From the NCBI GenBank assembly GCA_002070375.1, contig MWDD01000007.1, forward strand, positions 12,985 to 76,984: a stretch of DNA of 64,000 bases. The letters run 5' to 3'. The notes below the pieces were generated by a model that was not told the DNA's origin, made no database searches, and worked only from the letters and a program-made list of their open reading frames with translations. The position numbers and the translations under genes were made by a program. Below, in pieces: positions 19,733 through 27,432 of this stretch; positions within the stretch are counted from its first letter, which is position 1, and each line of letters opens with the position of its first letter. This stretch comes from a bacterium ADurb.Bin157. GTDB taxonomy: Bacteria > Muiribacteriota > Ozemobacteria > Ozemobacterales > Ozemobacteraceae.

Positions 19733-20915
19733 AAAATTTAAAAAGGGATCCGCACTGCTCATTACGATGCTGGTCGCCGTTAGCGTAGGCACAATCGCCG
19801 TATCTTATTTTAGATACTCAAGAATAACCGCCAAAAATCAAATAAGAACAATAAACAAAGATCTTATTCGAGAAATAGCACAAATGGCTTCAGACGAAAT
19901 ATTTGCGCGTACCTGTAAAGATGCCGTAGATATTAAAAGCAAAATATTTTGGTTTTTAAAAGGCTCGGCCCCCGGTACCGTATACCGCATCGACACTCCT
20001 TTTACAAAAGAAAACAGTAAACACTTTCTTTCGGAAGGTTATTCGTGCGAGGTTGCCGGCAGAATAAGAATAGTCAGGTTCAGAAAAACTGCCCCGAATA
20101 ATTCTAAATACTTCGGAGCGTATGAGGGGCATGGAATAATTGCCATAGAAACCAAAGCATTATTATACAGGCATACCGGCGAAAAACGTTCCGTGGCATT
20201 TTCCCATGAAATAGAATCGCATTTTGATTATTTTCTTGTGTCGACTGTTTGCATGAGCGAAAAGGGCTCGATGATGACAAATCCGCTTGTTATACGCAAA
20301 GATCGCGAGGCGGGAAACACTAATGTGATTAAATCAGATAATGCGGCTGTGTTAACTCTGCACAACGGTATGAATTCGTTTCAGCCGGTTATACCCGACA
20401 GTTATGTTTTATACGATAAATACTCGCTTTGGAGTAAGAGAAACCTGAGCATAGAAGACTTATACAAATATGAAATAATCGACCGAAAAGCTAAGACTAT
20501 TAATTTGAACGGCATTGTTCATTGCAAAGATTCTGTGACCCTCGAAGGTGACTATAAGGTTGCCGGGCAGGGGGTTATAATTGCCGACAGTTTTAATATC
20601 AACGGCGCTATCGAAAAGTCTGACAACACCTCTCTGTGTGTACTTTATGCCAACAAAGGAAAGATTGTGACGAACACAGAAAAAGAGATAAACGCGGCAT
20701 TGATAGCTTCAAATCGTAATTTTACCGGTACAGTAGAGGCTTTAAAGGCTCTGAAAATTAATGGCCTGATGGTTGTTGACACGCTTGATTTAAATGCTTG
20801 GGCAGAAAAAGATCATAAGATTTATTATGATATGGCTTTTAAAGACGGTGAAAAAGCAAACAGAGCGGTAATTTCAAAATGGGTAACTTACAGAAGAACA
20901 AATGAAAAGATTTAA
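19719..20915 (+). CDS. large pseudopilin-like protein (GspK/PilX-like, lacks Glu5)
   Basis: The N-terminus MKQNKKFKKG/SALLITMLVAVSVGTIAV is a basic leader, then Gly, then a hydrophobic helix without E5. Start placed at ATG 19719. The family call is tentative. Confidence 0.5.
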   Translation: MKQNKKFKKGSALLITMLVAVSVGTIAVSYFRYSRITAKNQIRTINKDLIREIAQMASDEIFARTCKDAVDIKSKIFWFLKGSAPGTVYRIDTPFTKENSKHFLSEGYSCEVAGRIRIVRFRKTAPNNSKYFGAYEGHGIIAIETKALLYRHTGEKRSVAFSHEIESHFDYFLVSTVCMSEKGSMMTNPLVIRKDREAGNTNVIKSDNAAVLTLHNGMNSFQPVIPDSYVLYDKYSLWSKRNLSIEDLYKYEIIDRKAKTINLNGIVHCKDSVTLEGDYKVAGQGVIIADSFNINGAIEKSDNTSLCVLYANKGKIVTNTEKEINAALIASNRNFTGTVEALKALKINGLMVVDTLDLNAWAEKDHKIYYDMAFKDGEKANRAVISKWVTYRRTNEKI

Positions 20916-21357
20916 TAATAAACGCTTAAAATCAGGATTCTCGCTAATAGAGGCCCTTATCGGGATATTAATTATCGGTGTTGTAGGTATTTCGGTTTTT
21001 ATGCTTATTTCAACCTCTAACAGAACTAATTTGGCGGATTATTATCGTATGACAGGCGAAAGTATTGCAAAAGAGGCGATAGAAGTTTTTCAATGTTTGG
21101 GTTACGAAGAAATCTCAGGCAGAAAAAACACAACATTGGCCGGTTATGCCCTCGATGTTTGGCAGCCGGTTGAAGTAAGTATAAAAGACGGGATAAAAAG
21201 GTCGGAAAATTCTTCTGCTTTTTTACGAAAAATTGTGTTAGAACCTGTCGAAAATGACGGAATAATGGGCGTTTTAGTTAAGGTTGAGGTTAAGTCTAAG
21301 GGCTTCTTTTCAGGTCTGGGAAAAATCGAAGCTAAAACCATGGTGATAAAAAAGTAA
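20902..21357 (+). CDS. prepilin-type N-terminal cleavage/methylation domain protein (minor pseudopilin)
   Basis: KSG/FSLIEALIGILIIGVVG is a canonical G-F-x-x-x-E class III signal. Confidence 0.75.
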   Translation: MKRFNNKRLKSGFSLIEALIGILIIGVVGISVFMLISTSNRTNLADYYRMTGESIAKEAIEVFQCLGYEEISGRKNTTLAGYALDVWQPVEVSIKDGIKRSENSSAFLRKIVLEPVENDGIMGVLVKVEVKSKGFFSGLGKIEAKTMVIKK

Positions 21358-21358
21358 A

Positions 21359-22075
21359 ATGAAAAAAATAAGCATAAAAACCGGTGTGACTATGATTGAG
21401 CTGATTGTTGCGATTGCAATAACCTCAATAATCGGCACGGGAGCGTTAATGCTTCATCAAAACAGCGTCAAGATTGCATCGGCCGGTATGGCAAACGTCG
21501 AAATGATGCGAGAAGGTAAACTTATACTTGAAACAATAAGAGAAGACCTTAAACATGCTTGTGTTCCTTATAAAGATTCTTTTTCAATCAGTTTTGACAA
21601 TATAGTTCAAGTCGAGTTCTCAAAGAACAAAGGTTTAGAGGGTGCCGAATTTTCTTTCTTGAGATTTAAAAACAAACCTGATTTTGCCGTAATGGGGTAT
21701 TACGAGAAAGATTATATGTTGAGGGCTTTAACAAAAATAACCTATAGATTAGAAAAAATCGAAGATTCGGAGTTGCTAAAGCTTGTCAGAGAAGCTGCGG
21801 AACATAAAGGCGAAACGACTGTGGCAACTTTAACCGAAAGACTTAACTTTTTTAACATAAAACCGGTAGAAATTAAAACAGAAACAGCTGATAGATGGCT
21901 TTGGAACATCAGTTTGCAGCTGTCGCATAAATCCGACAAGAGCTCGGTCGTTTTGCGCGGAGAGAACTGTTTAAGTTTTTATGATTTGGTTTTTTCCGAG
22001 TTTTATCAATCTGTTTCGCTGTTCCCTGACTCACCCAGAAATTGGAACACGGGCATGACATTTTCACCCAAATAG
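21359..22075 (+). CDS. prepilin-type N-terminal cleavage/methylation domain protein (minor pseudopilin)
   Basis: KTG/VTMIELIVAIAITSIIG with Glu at +5. Confidence 0.75.
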   Translation: MKKISIKTGVTMIELIVAIAITSIIGTGALMLHQNSVKIASAGMANVEMMREGKLILETIREDLKHACVPYKDSFSISFDNIVQVEFSKNKGLEGAEFSFLRFKNKPDFAVMGYYEKDYMLRALTKITYRLEKIEDSELLKLVREAAEHKGETTVATLTERLNFFNIKPVEIKTETADRWLWNISLQLSHKSDKSSVVLRGENCLSFYDLVFSEFYQSVSLFPDSPRNWNTGMTFSPK

Positions 22076-22101
22076 TTTTTTGCAAAAATAAAACAAAAAC
22101 A

Positions 22102-22131
22102 TTGAATAATTTATCTCCTTTATGGTATAAT
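22102..22131 (+). promoter_or_regulatory. sigma70-like promoter for tRNA-Leu
   Basis: TTGAAT (22102-22107), an 18-nt spacer, then TGgTATAAT (-10 at 22126-22131), about 11 nt before the tRNA 5' end. Confidence 0.6.
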
Positions 22132-22142
22132 ACACTTCGCTA

Positions 22143-22227
22143 GCCGGAATGGCGGAATTGGCAGACGCACGGGACTCAAAATCCCGCGCCCCTTAAAGGC
22201 GTGTCGGTTCGACCCCGACTTCCGGCA
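22143..22227 (+). tRNA. tRNA-Leu (anticodon CAA), type II with long variable arm
   Basis: The acceptor GCCGGAA pairs with TTCCGGC plus discriminator A. The anticodon stem-loop is CGGGA-CUCAAAA-UCCCG and the T-arm is GTCGG-TTCGACC-CCGAC. CCA is not encoded. Confidence 0.9.
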
Positions 22228-22230
22228 CCG

Positions 22231-22258
22231 AAAGCCCCGTTTTCATACGGGGCTTTTT
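22231..22258 (+). terminator. intrinsic terminator after tRNA-Leu
   Basis: agccccgt-tttcat-acggggct followed by TTTTT. Confidence 0.85.
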
Positions 22259-22316
22259 GTTTTAGCCCCATTGACTTTAATGATTAAATTAAGTTAAACT
22301 TTGTTTTGAATAAAAC

Positions 22317-22344
22317 TAAACGAACTGAGTTTTTTGGTCGATAC
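22317..22344 (+). promoter_or_regulatory. candidate sigma28 (FliA)-type promoter upstream of flgM
   Basis: TAAA (22317-22320), a 15/16-nt spacer, then GGTCGATAC, compared with the consensus TAAA-N15-GCCGATAA. Confidence 0.35.
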
Positions 22345-22417
22345 GAATTTTGGAGGCGTCCTCCGCTTATTAAAATAGATATATGGGGGAAGACGTTTTA
22401 GGGAGTCAGGAGGAACC

Positions 22418-22810
22418 ATGAAGGTTTCCAGTAACATTAATGTAACTACTATTTATCAGAATCAGCTCAAAAAGCTTCAAGAAGCCAAATCCGGCGACTT
22501 TGACAAGATGCTGCACGGTGCTTCATCTGACGAAAGCGTTGCGGGAGCAGATTCAAAAGGGCTGTCCGGTTTGAAAAGTAACAAAACGGACAAGGTTGAC
22601 TTGGTCAGTCTCGAAAGAGTCGAAATACCCGAGAAAACCCAGGAAGAAAAGCTTGTGTTCGCAGCAAAAGCCGTTGCGATGGAAGCTGAAATCAGATATG
22701 AGAAGGTTAATCATATCAAAGCTCTTGTTGATGCGGGGCAATACAACGTTTCACCTGAAGCGGTCGCTGAAAAACTTTGGTCTTCGGGCGTTGTAAGACA
22801 CGTTTGGTAA
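22418..22810 (+). CDS. flgM: anti-sigma-28 factor FlgM
   Basis: 130 aa. The C-terminal EIRYEKVNHIKALVDAGQYNVSPEAVAEKL matches the FlgM C-terminal sigma28-binding region. Confidence 0.75.
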   Translation: MKVSSNINVTTIYQNQLKKLQEAKSGDFDKMLHGASSDESVAGADSKGLSGLKSNKTDKVDLVSLERVEIPEKTQEEKLVFAAKAVAMEAEIRYEKVNHIKALVDAGQYNVSPEAVAEKLWSSGVVRHVW

Positions 22811-22822
22811 GGAATTCTTATT

Positions 22823-23311
22823 TTGCGGCAAGTTGTCGAGGAACTTAAAAATATTTTAAATGAAGAACTGGCGATTTATCGCAGGATTCTTGAATTAGGA
22901 AAATCTAAGGGTAAGTTGCTGGTCGAAAAGTTTTCTTCTGAACTACAGAATATAGTTTCTTTGGAAGAGCAGCTTGTTCAACAGTTAGTTGACTTAGAAC
23001 CTCGAAGAAAAGATTGTGTCGGAATACTGACCGGAGACCCCGAAGCAAAGCTTGATTCGGTAACTGATCAAGTTGCAGAATCAGACGGGAAGTCAGATCT
23101 ATGGATCATATCAGATAACCTGTTGTCTGTAATCGAAGAAATAAAGAAGGTTAATGATACAAACCAACGATTAGTCGAACAGGCATTAGAGTTAACTCAA
23201 TATTCTATAAAACTGATAACCCGCGCTCCGAAGCCGGTTACTTATGGGCCGGGCGGAAAGTCTTCTTCGCAATTGCCTCAATCTCGTTCTCTTATCAATC
23301 GTAAGGCTTAA
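22823..23311 (+). CDS. flgN: FlgN-like flagellar export chaperone
   Basis: 162 aa and helical (LKNILNEELAIYRRILELGKSKGKLL), directly after flgM. TTG start. Confidence 0.55.
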   Translation: MRQVVEELKNILNEELAIYRRILELGKSKGKLLVEKFSSELQNIVSLEEQLVQQLVDLEPRRKDCVGILTGDPEAKLDSVTDQVAESDGKSDLWIISDNLLSVIEEIKKVNDTNQRLVEQALELTQYSIKLITRAPKPVTYGPGGKSSSQLPQSRSLINRKA

Positions 23312-23324
23312 AAAACACGATAAA

Positions 23325-23359
23325 AAGACCGTTTCGAATAGTTTCGAGACGGTCTTTTT
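23325..23359 (+). terminator. intrinsic terminator
   Basis: aagaccgtttcgaa-tag-tttcgagacggtctt followed by a T-run. Confidence 0.8.
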
Positions 23360-23395
23360 ATATTTCGGATAAATCATTAAATACTCTAAATTTAC

Positions 23396-23424
23396 TTGAA
23401 AAACAAAGAATCTTGTGATACGCT
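23396..23424 (+). promoter_or_regulatory. sigma70-like promoter of the rpsF-ssb-rpsR operon
   Basis: TTGAAA (23396-23401), a 17-nt spacer, then TGaTACGCT (-10 at 23419-23424). Confidence 0.5.
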
Positions 23425-23495
23425 GAAGGGTACATCCCTGCTTCTGCTTGTGAAATAGCAGAGGCTTGAAATTATCCGAAGGGAGGTTTTCTATA

Positions 23496-23783
23496 GTGAA
23501 ACCTTACGAAACTTTGTTCTTCACCGAACCGGGCATTGAAACCGATGCTCTTGACACGCTTATCGGTAAAGTCGAAACTGCTATCACCAAAAATGGTGGT
23601 CAGATCGAAAAAATCGATAAATGGGGCCGCCGCCCCTTGGCTTATCCCGTAGACAAAAACATTGAAGGAAATTATGTTCTTGTTAATTTTCAGGCAACCG
23701 GAGAAGCTTTGAAGGAACTCGAAAGAACTTATCTGATCAATCAGACTATTCTTCGCTTCATGACTACTGCGCGCGGTCAATAA
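23496..23783 (+). CDS. rpsF: 30S ribosomal protein S6
   Basis: GTG start at 23496 after GAAGGGAGG. VKPYETLFFTEP...WGRRPLAYPV is the S6 signature. Confidence 0.9.
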   Translation: MKPYETLFFTEPGIETDALDTLIGKVETAITKNGGQIEKIDKWGRRPLAYPVDKNIEGNYVLVNFQATGEALKELERTYLINQTILRFMTTARGQ

Positions 23784-23786
23784 GTT

Positions 23787-24215
23787 ATGGCCGGAAATTT
23801 AAACAAGGTTTTTTTGCTCGGCAATCTCACAAGAGATCCCGAATTAAGACACACAGCCCAGGGCACTTCTATTGCCAATTTTGCTGTTGCGGTTAATCGT
23901 AATTTCAAAGGCAATGACGGAGAATGGAAAAAAGAAACAAACTTTTTTAATATTGTGGTCTGGGGTAAAGCCGGCGAAAATTGTGCAAAATACCTGACAA
24001 AGGGACGCCCCGTTTTGGTTGAAGGTCGTTTACAAAACAGATCTTATGAGACTCAAGACGGCCAGAAACGCACTGTAACCGAAATAATCGGAGATAATAT
24101 TCAATTCTTGTCCGGCGCGAATGAACGCGGCGGAATGCAAGATGAATCCTCTGATACCGGCTTTAGTGCAGATTTTAGTCCCGTTGGCAGTGATGATGAT
24201 TCTGTTCCGTTCTAA
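23787..24215 (+). CDS. ssb: single-stranded DNA-binding protein
   Basis: [16 protein letters not shown]... is an OB fold. The acidic tail ends DDDSVPF. Confidence 0.95.
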   Translation: MAGNLNKVFLLGNLTRDPELRHTAQGTSIANFAVAVNRNFKGNDGEWKKETNFFNIVVWGKAGENCAKYLTKGRPVLVEGRLQNRSYETQDGQKRTVTEIIGDNIQFLSGANERGGMQDESSDTGFSADFSPVGSDDDSVPF

Positions 24216-24253
24216 ATCGGAAATATTGTTTACAAGTTATTCGGAGGAATAAA

Positions 24254-24481
24254 ATGGCTGAATTTAAAAGACATAGACACAGAAAAGTGTGTCATTTCTG
24301 CAAAGATAAAGTATCTTTCATCGACTATAAAGACGTATCTCGCTTAAGAAGATATATCAATGATCGCGGCAAAATCACCAGCCGCAGATCTACCGGCACC
24401 TGCACAGCTCACCAGAAACATTTGACCACTGCGATTAAACGCGCAAGAAATATGGCTCTGCTTCCCTTTGCAAACGTATAA
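24254..24481 (+). CDS. rpsR: 30S ribosomal protein S18
   Basis: [29 protein letters not shown]...[13 protein letters not shown]. Confidence 0.95.
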   Translation: MAEFKRHRHRKVCHFCKDKVSFIDYKDVSRLRRYINDRGKITSRRSTGTCTAHQKHLTTAIKRARNMALLPFANV

Positions 24482-24484
24482 CAA

Positions 24485-25495
24485 ATGAATAAGTTTGCCA
24501 TAAGATGGCTTGAATTGGCTTTTATGGTTTTAATAACCGTTACCGGCCACTATCTAACAGTAAAGTTTCCTCTTATCGGCATGTTTACTCTTTCGTTAGG
24601 CGGTGTTCCCGCATTTGTTCTTTTGGTTTCCCGAGGTAAACTGTTTTTGCCTTATGCGGCTTTAACTTTTATAACCTCTTGGAACTTGGTGTCTTTACCG
24701 GCAGCTTTGATGCTGATACCTCTTGTTTTTATGCCCGCGGTATTTATGTCCTCGGCGTTGAAATTGGGGTTAAAGCCATTACAGGCTGTTTGTGTGGCAT
24801 TGCTGTCGGCAACGCTGTTTTCGACGGGAATGTGGACAATAGTTAACGGCTCTTTTGCCGGTGACAAAGGTCCGATACCCATAAAAGAACATTTGGCTCA
24901 GCAAGTTCAGCTTGTTGAAAAACAACTGGATGAAATAGAAGCGAAGAATCCGGATAGCTATGAGGCTGTTCATGCGGCGAGAAAAAATGTTCTTGATTTG
25001 TATGAATTTTCACAGCTTTTGGTTCCTGCAACGTTTTTATTCGTCTGGCACGTATTGACTCTTTCTGTCTTTTACATGGGAGCTTATAAACTCTCGGCAA
25101 AACTGGATTACAAACTTTCTGAATTTCCGGCCTTTACAGAATGGCAATTTGATTGGCGAATAATCTGGTTTTATATGACAGGTTTGCTTTTGTATCACTT
25201 TTTATCAGGTTTGGAACAAATATCGGTTCCTTGGTTGATAAGAGTATTGGGGGCAAATTTGTTGGCCATAAGCAGTATGATTTATTACATCGCCGGGTTA
25301 TCTGTGTTGTTCTTTATGTTTGATAAATATAAAGCGGGAATGTTTACAAGGCTCTTAATGTCACTTCTTGCACTGATTTTTACACAAGCTATTGTTTGGT
25401 TCGGCATAATAGATGTTTGGGCCGACTTCAGAAAGCCAAGATCAGTGTCTTTACAATCGGATTCCGATGATTCTGATTCCGATATATTTAATTGA
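24485..25495 (+). CDS. polytopic membrane protein, YybS/DUF2232-like
   Basis: 336 aa with multiple TM segments. It sits between rpsR and rplI, where Firmicutes carry yybS. The family call rests mainly on synteny. Confidence 0.55.
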   Translation: MNKFAIRWLELAFMVLITVTGHYLTVKFPLIGMFTLSLGGVPAFVLLVSRGKLFLPYAALTFITSWNLVSLPAALMLIPLVFMPAVFMSSALKLGLKPLQAVCVALLSATLFSTGMWTIVNGSFAGDKGPIPIKEHLAQQVQLVEKQLDEIEAKNPDSYEAVHAARKNVLDLYEFSQLLVPATFLFVWHVLTLSVFYMGAYKLSAKLDYKLSEFPAFTEWQFDWRIIWFYMTGLLLYHFLSGLEQISVPWLIRVLGANLLAISSMIYYIAGLSVLFFMFDKYKAGMFTRLLMSLLALIFTQAIVWFGIIDVWADFRKPRSVSLQSDSDDSDSDIFN

Positions 25496-25514
25496 AACAC
25501 CTAGGAGAAATATA

Positions 25515-25970
25515 ATGGAAGTTCTGATGATCAATACTGTTCCCCGGGTTGGCAGAAAAGGTGAATTCAAAACTGTTGCAGAAGGTTTTGCTCGCAATTA
25601 CCTGTTCCCGAGAAATTTTGCTATTCCCGCTACAGAAGGTGCTAAAAAGCATTTCAATCTTATGAAAGATTCATGGGAAAAACAAATTTTGCGCGAAAAA
25701 CAAATGTTTGCCGAATTGGCTCAAAAAATTGAAGGTACTACTGTTACCATCACAAGAAGAGCCGGAGATAAAGGCAGACTGTTTGGTTCTGTAACAAGCG
25801 CCGAATTAGCCGAAGAAATCAAAAAAGCCAGCGGCGTTGAAATTGACAAGAAACTCGTTGTTGCCGACCATATCAAAGAAGTTGGCGAACACGATGTTAC
25901 TATAAGATTCACCGGCGAAGTTAAAGCTGCTTTGAAAATAGTTGTTGTTGCAGAAGTAAAAAAAGACTAA
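25515..25970 (+). CDS. rplI: 50S ribosomal protein L9
   Basis: ATG at 25515 after AGGAGA. GRKGEFKTVAEGFARNYLFPRNFA is the L9 N-terminal signature. Confidence 0.9.
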   Translation: MEVLMINTVPRVGRKGEFKTVAEGFARNYLFPRNFAIPATEGAKKHFNLMKDSWEKQILREKQMFAELAQKIEGTTVTITRRAGDKGRLFGSVTSAELAEEIKKASGVEIDKKLVVADHIKEVGEHDVTIRFTGEVKAALKIVVVAEVKKD

Positions 25971-25995
25971 TATTTTTAGCAGTTATTGATAATTT

Positions 25996-26031
25996 AATTC
26001 GGGGGTTGATTAAAACCCCCGAATTTATTTT
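25996..26031 (+). terminator. intrinsic terminator
   Basis: aattcggggg-ttgattaaaa-cccccgaatt followed by a T-rich tail. Confidence 0.75.
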
Positions 26032-26070
26032 AATTATATGTTTTTGAATTATAAATAAGGAGCCTTCAAA

Positions 26071-27423
26071 ATGTCAGATATTTTTCAGAAAGTCCCTCCG
26101 CACAGTATTGAAGCAGAACAGAGTTTAATCGGTTCTATGATGTTAAGTGAAGATGCAATAGTTGCGGCAATGGAATTGGTTTCTTCTTCTGACTTTTATC
26201 AAAGCGCCCACAGAACTATTTATGAAGGTATTTTTTCTTTGTATTCAGAGCATAAACCGTGCGATTTGGTAACTTTGCAGGAACAATTAAGGTCTCAGGG
26301 TAAACTGGCCGAAGTCGGCGGAGTAAGCTATATTTCTCAGATGTTGAATGTGGTTCCGACATCAAAGAATGCCGAGCATTATGCTAAAATTGTGAAGGAT
26401 AAGGCAATGCTCAGACAGCTTATAAGCCTTACGGGAGAGATTTCCGACAAAGCCTACGACCCGTCAACAAAAACCGAATTGATTTTAGATGAGACAGAGC
26501 AAAAGGTTTTAAAATTAAGCCAATTTAAATCCACAAAATCATTTCACGAATTAAAAGATTTAGTAAAAGAAACTTTTGCTCATCTTGAACAGCTTTATGA
26601 AAATAAACAACCGGTAACAGGTATTCCCAGTGGTTTTATCGACTTAGACGCTTACACCGCAGGCTTTCAAAAATCGGACTTAGTAATTTTGGCGGCCAGA
26701 CCTTCTATGGGCAAAACTGCATTTTGTTTGAATTTAGCGCAAAATGCCGCTTATAAAACTAAGACCCCTATTATGTTTTTTTCTCTCGAAATGTCCCACA
26801 CTCAGCTTGTAACAAGGCTTTTGTGTTCTGAAGCGCGTGTTAACGGGAACAAGCTCAGAACAGGTATGGTAGACGAAGAAGATTGGGGTAAAATTATTTA
26901 CGCTGCCGGGATACTTGAAGATACTCCCTTGCTGATTGACGATACGGCAAACGCTTCTTTGCTTGAAATTAGAAGTAAGGCAAGAAAAGCCTACGCTCAG
27001 CATAAAATCGGGATGATTATAATAGATTATTTGCAGCTTATCACTTATTCCGGCACCGACAAAGCGGAAAGCCGGCAGCAGGAGGTTAGCGCCATTTCAA
27101 GAAGCTTAAAGGGGCTTGCGAGAGAATTGGATATTCCTGTAATATGCCTGTCTCAGCTTTCCCGTGAAGTCGAGAAAAGAACCGACAAAAGACCTCAGCT
27201 TTCTGATTTGCGTGAATCAGGGGCAATCGAACAAGACGCCGACGTGGTTATGTTTTTATACAGAGATTATTATTATAATAAACAACGTGAAGAAAATAGG
27301 GGTAAAGGCGAAGTTATTATTGCAAAACAAAGAAATGGCGGCTTAGGCTCTGTAGAACTTGCTTTTAACGAAAATTTCGCAAAATTTGAAAATCTGGACA
27401 GAATACACAGAGAAGATTATTGA
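26071..27423 (+). CDS. dnaB: replicative DNA helicase
   Basis: PPHSIEAEQSLIGSMM, Walker A ARPSMGKTAF, IIDYLQL and ELDIPVICLSQLSREVE. Confidence 0.95.
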   Translation: MSDIFQKVPPHSIEAEQSLIGSMMLSEDAIVAAMELVSSSDFYQSAHRTIYEGIFSLYSEHKPCDLVTLQEQLRSQGKLAEVGGVSYISQMLNVVPTSKNAEHYAKIVKDKAMLRQLISLTGEISDKAYDPSTKTELILDETEQKVLKLSQFKSTKSFHELKDLVKETFAHLEQLYENKQPVTGIPSGFIDLDAYTAGFQKSDLVILAARPSMGKTAFCLNLAQNAAYKTKTPIMFFSLEMSHTQLVTRLLCSEARVNGNKLRTGMVDEEDWGKIIYAAGILEDTPLLIDDTANASLLEIRSKARKAYAQHKIGMIIIDYLQLITYSGTDKAESRQQEVSAISRSLKGLARELDIPVICLSQLSREVEKRTDKRPQLSDLRESGAIEQDADVVMFLYRDYYYNKQREENRGKGEVIIAKQRNGGLGSVELAFNENFAKFENLDRIHREDY

Positions 27424-27432
27424 GTAAAATTT

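Noticed and set aside
22076-22417. tRNA-Leu as an integration site for a mobile element or genomic island
   Set aside because: No integrase or recombinase, no direct repeat of the tRNA 3' end, and no phage or transposon genes are present on either side.
25413-25514. N-terminal extension of the rplI track ORF overlapping the end of the YybS-like gene
   Set aside because: The L9 signature begins at the ATG 25515, which is preceded by AGGAGA. The extension is an out-of-frame read-through of the upstream gene's 3' end.
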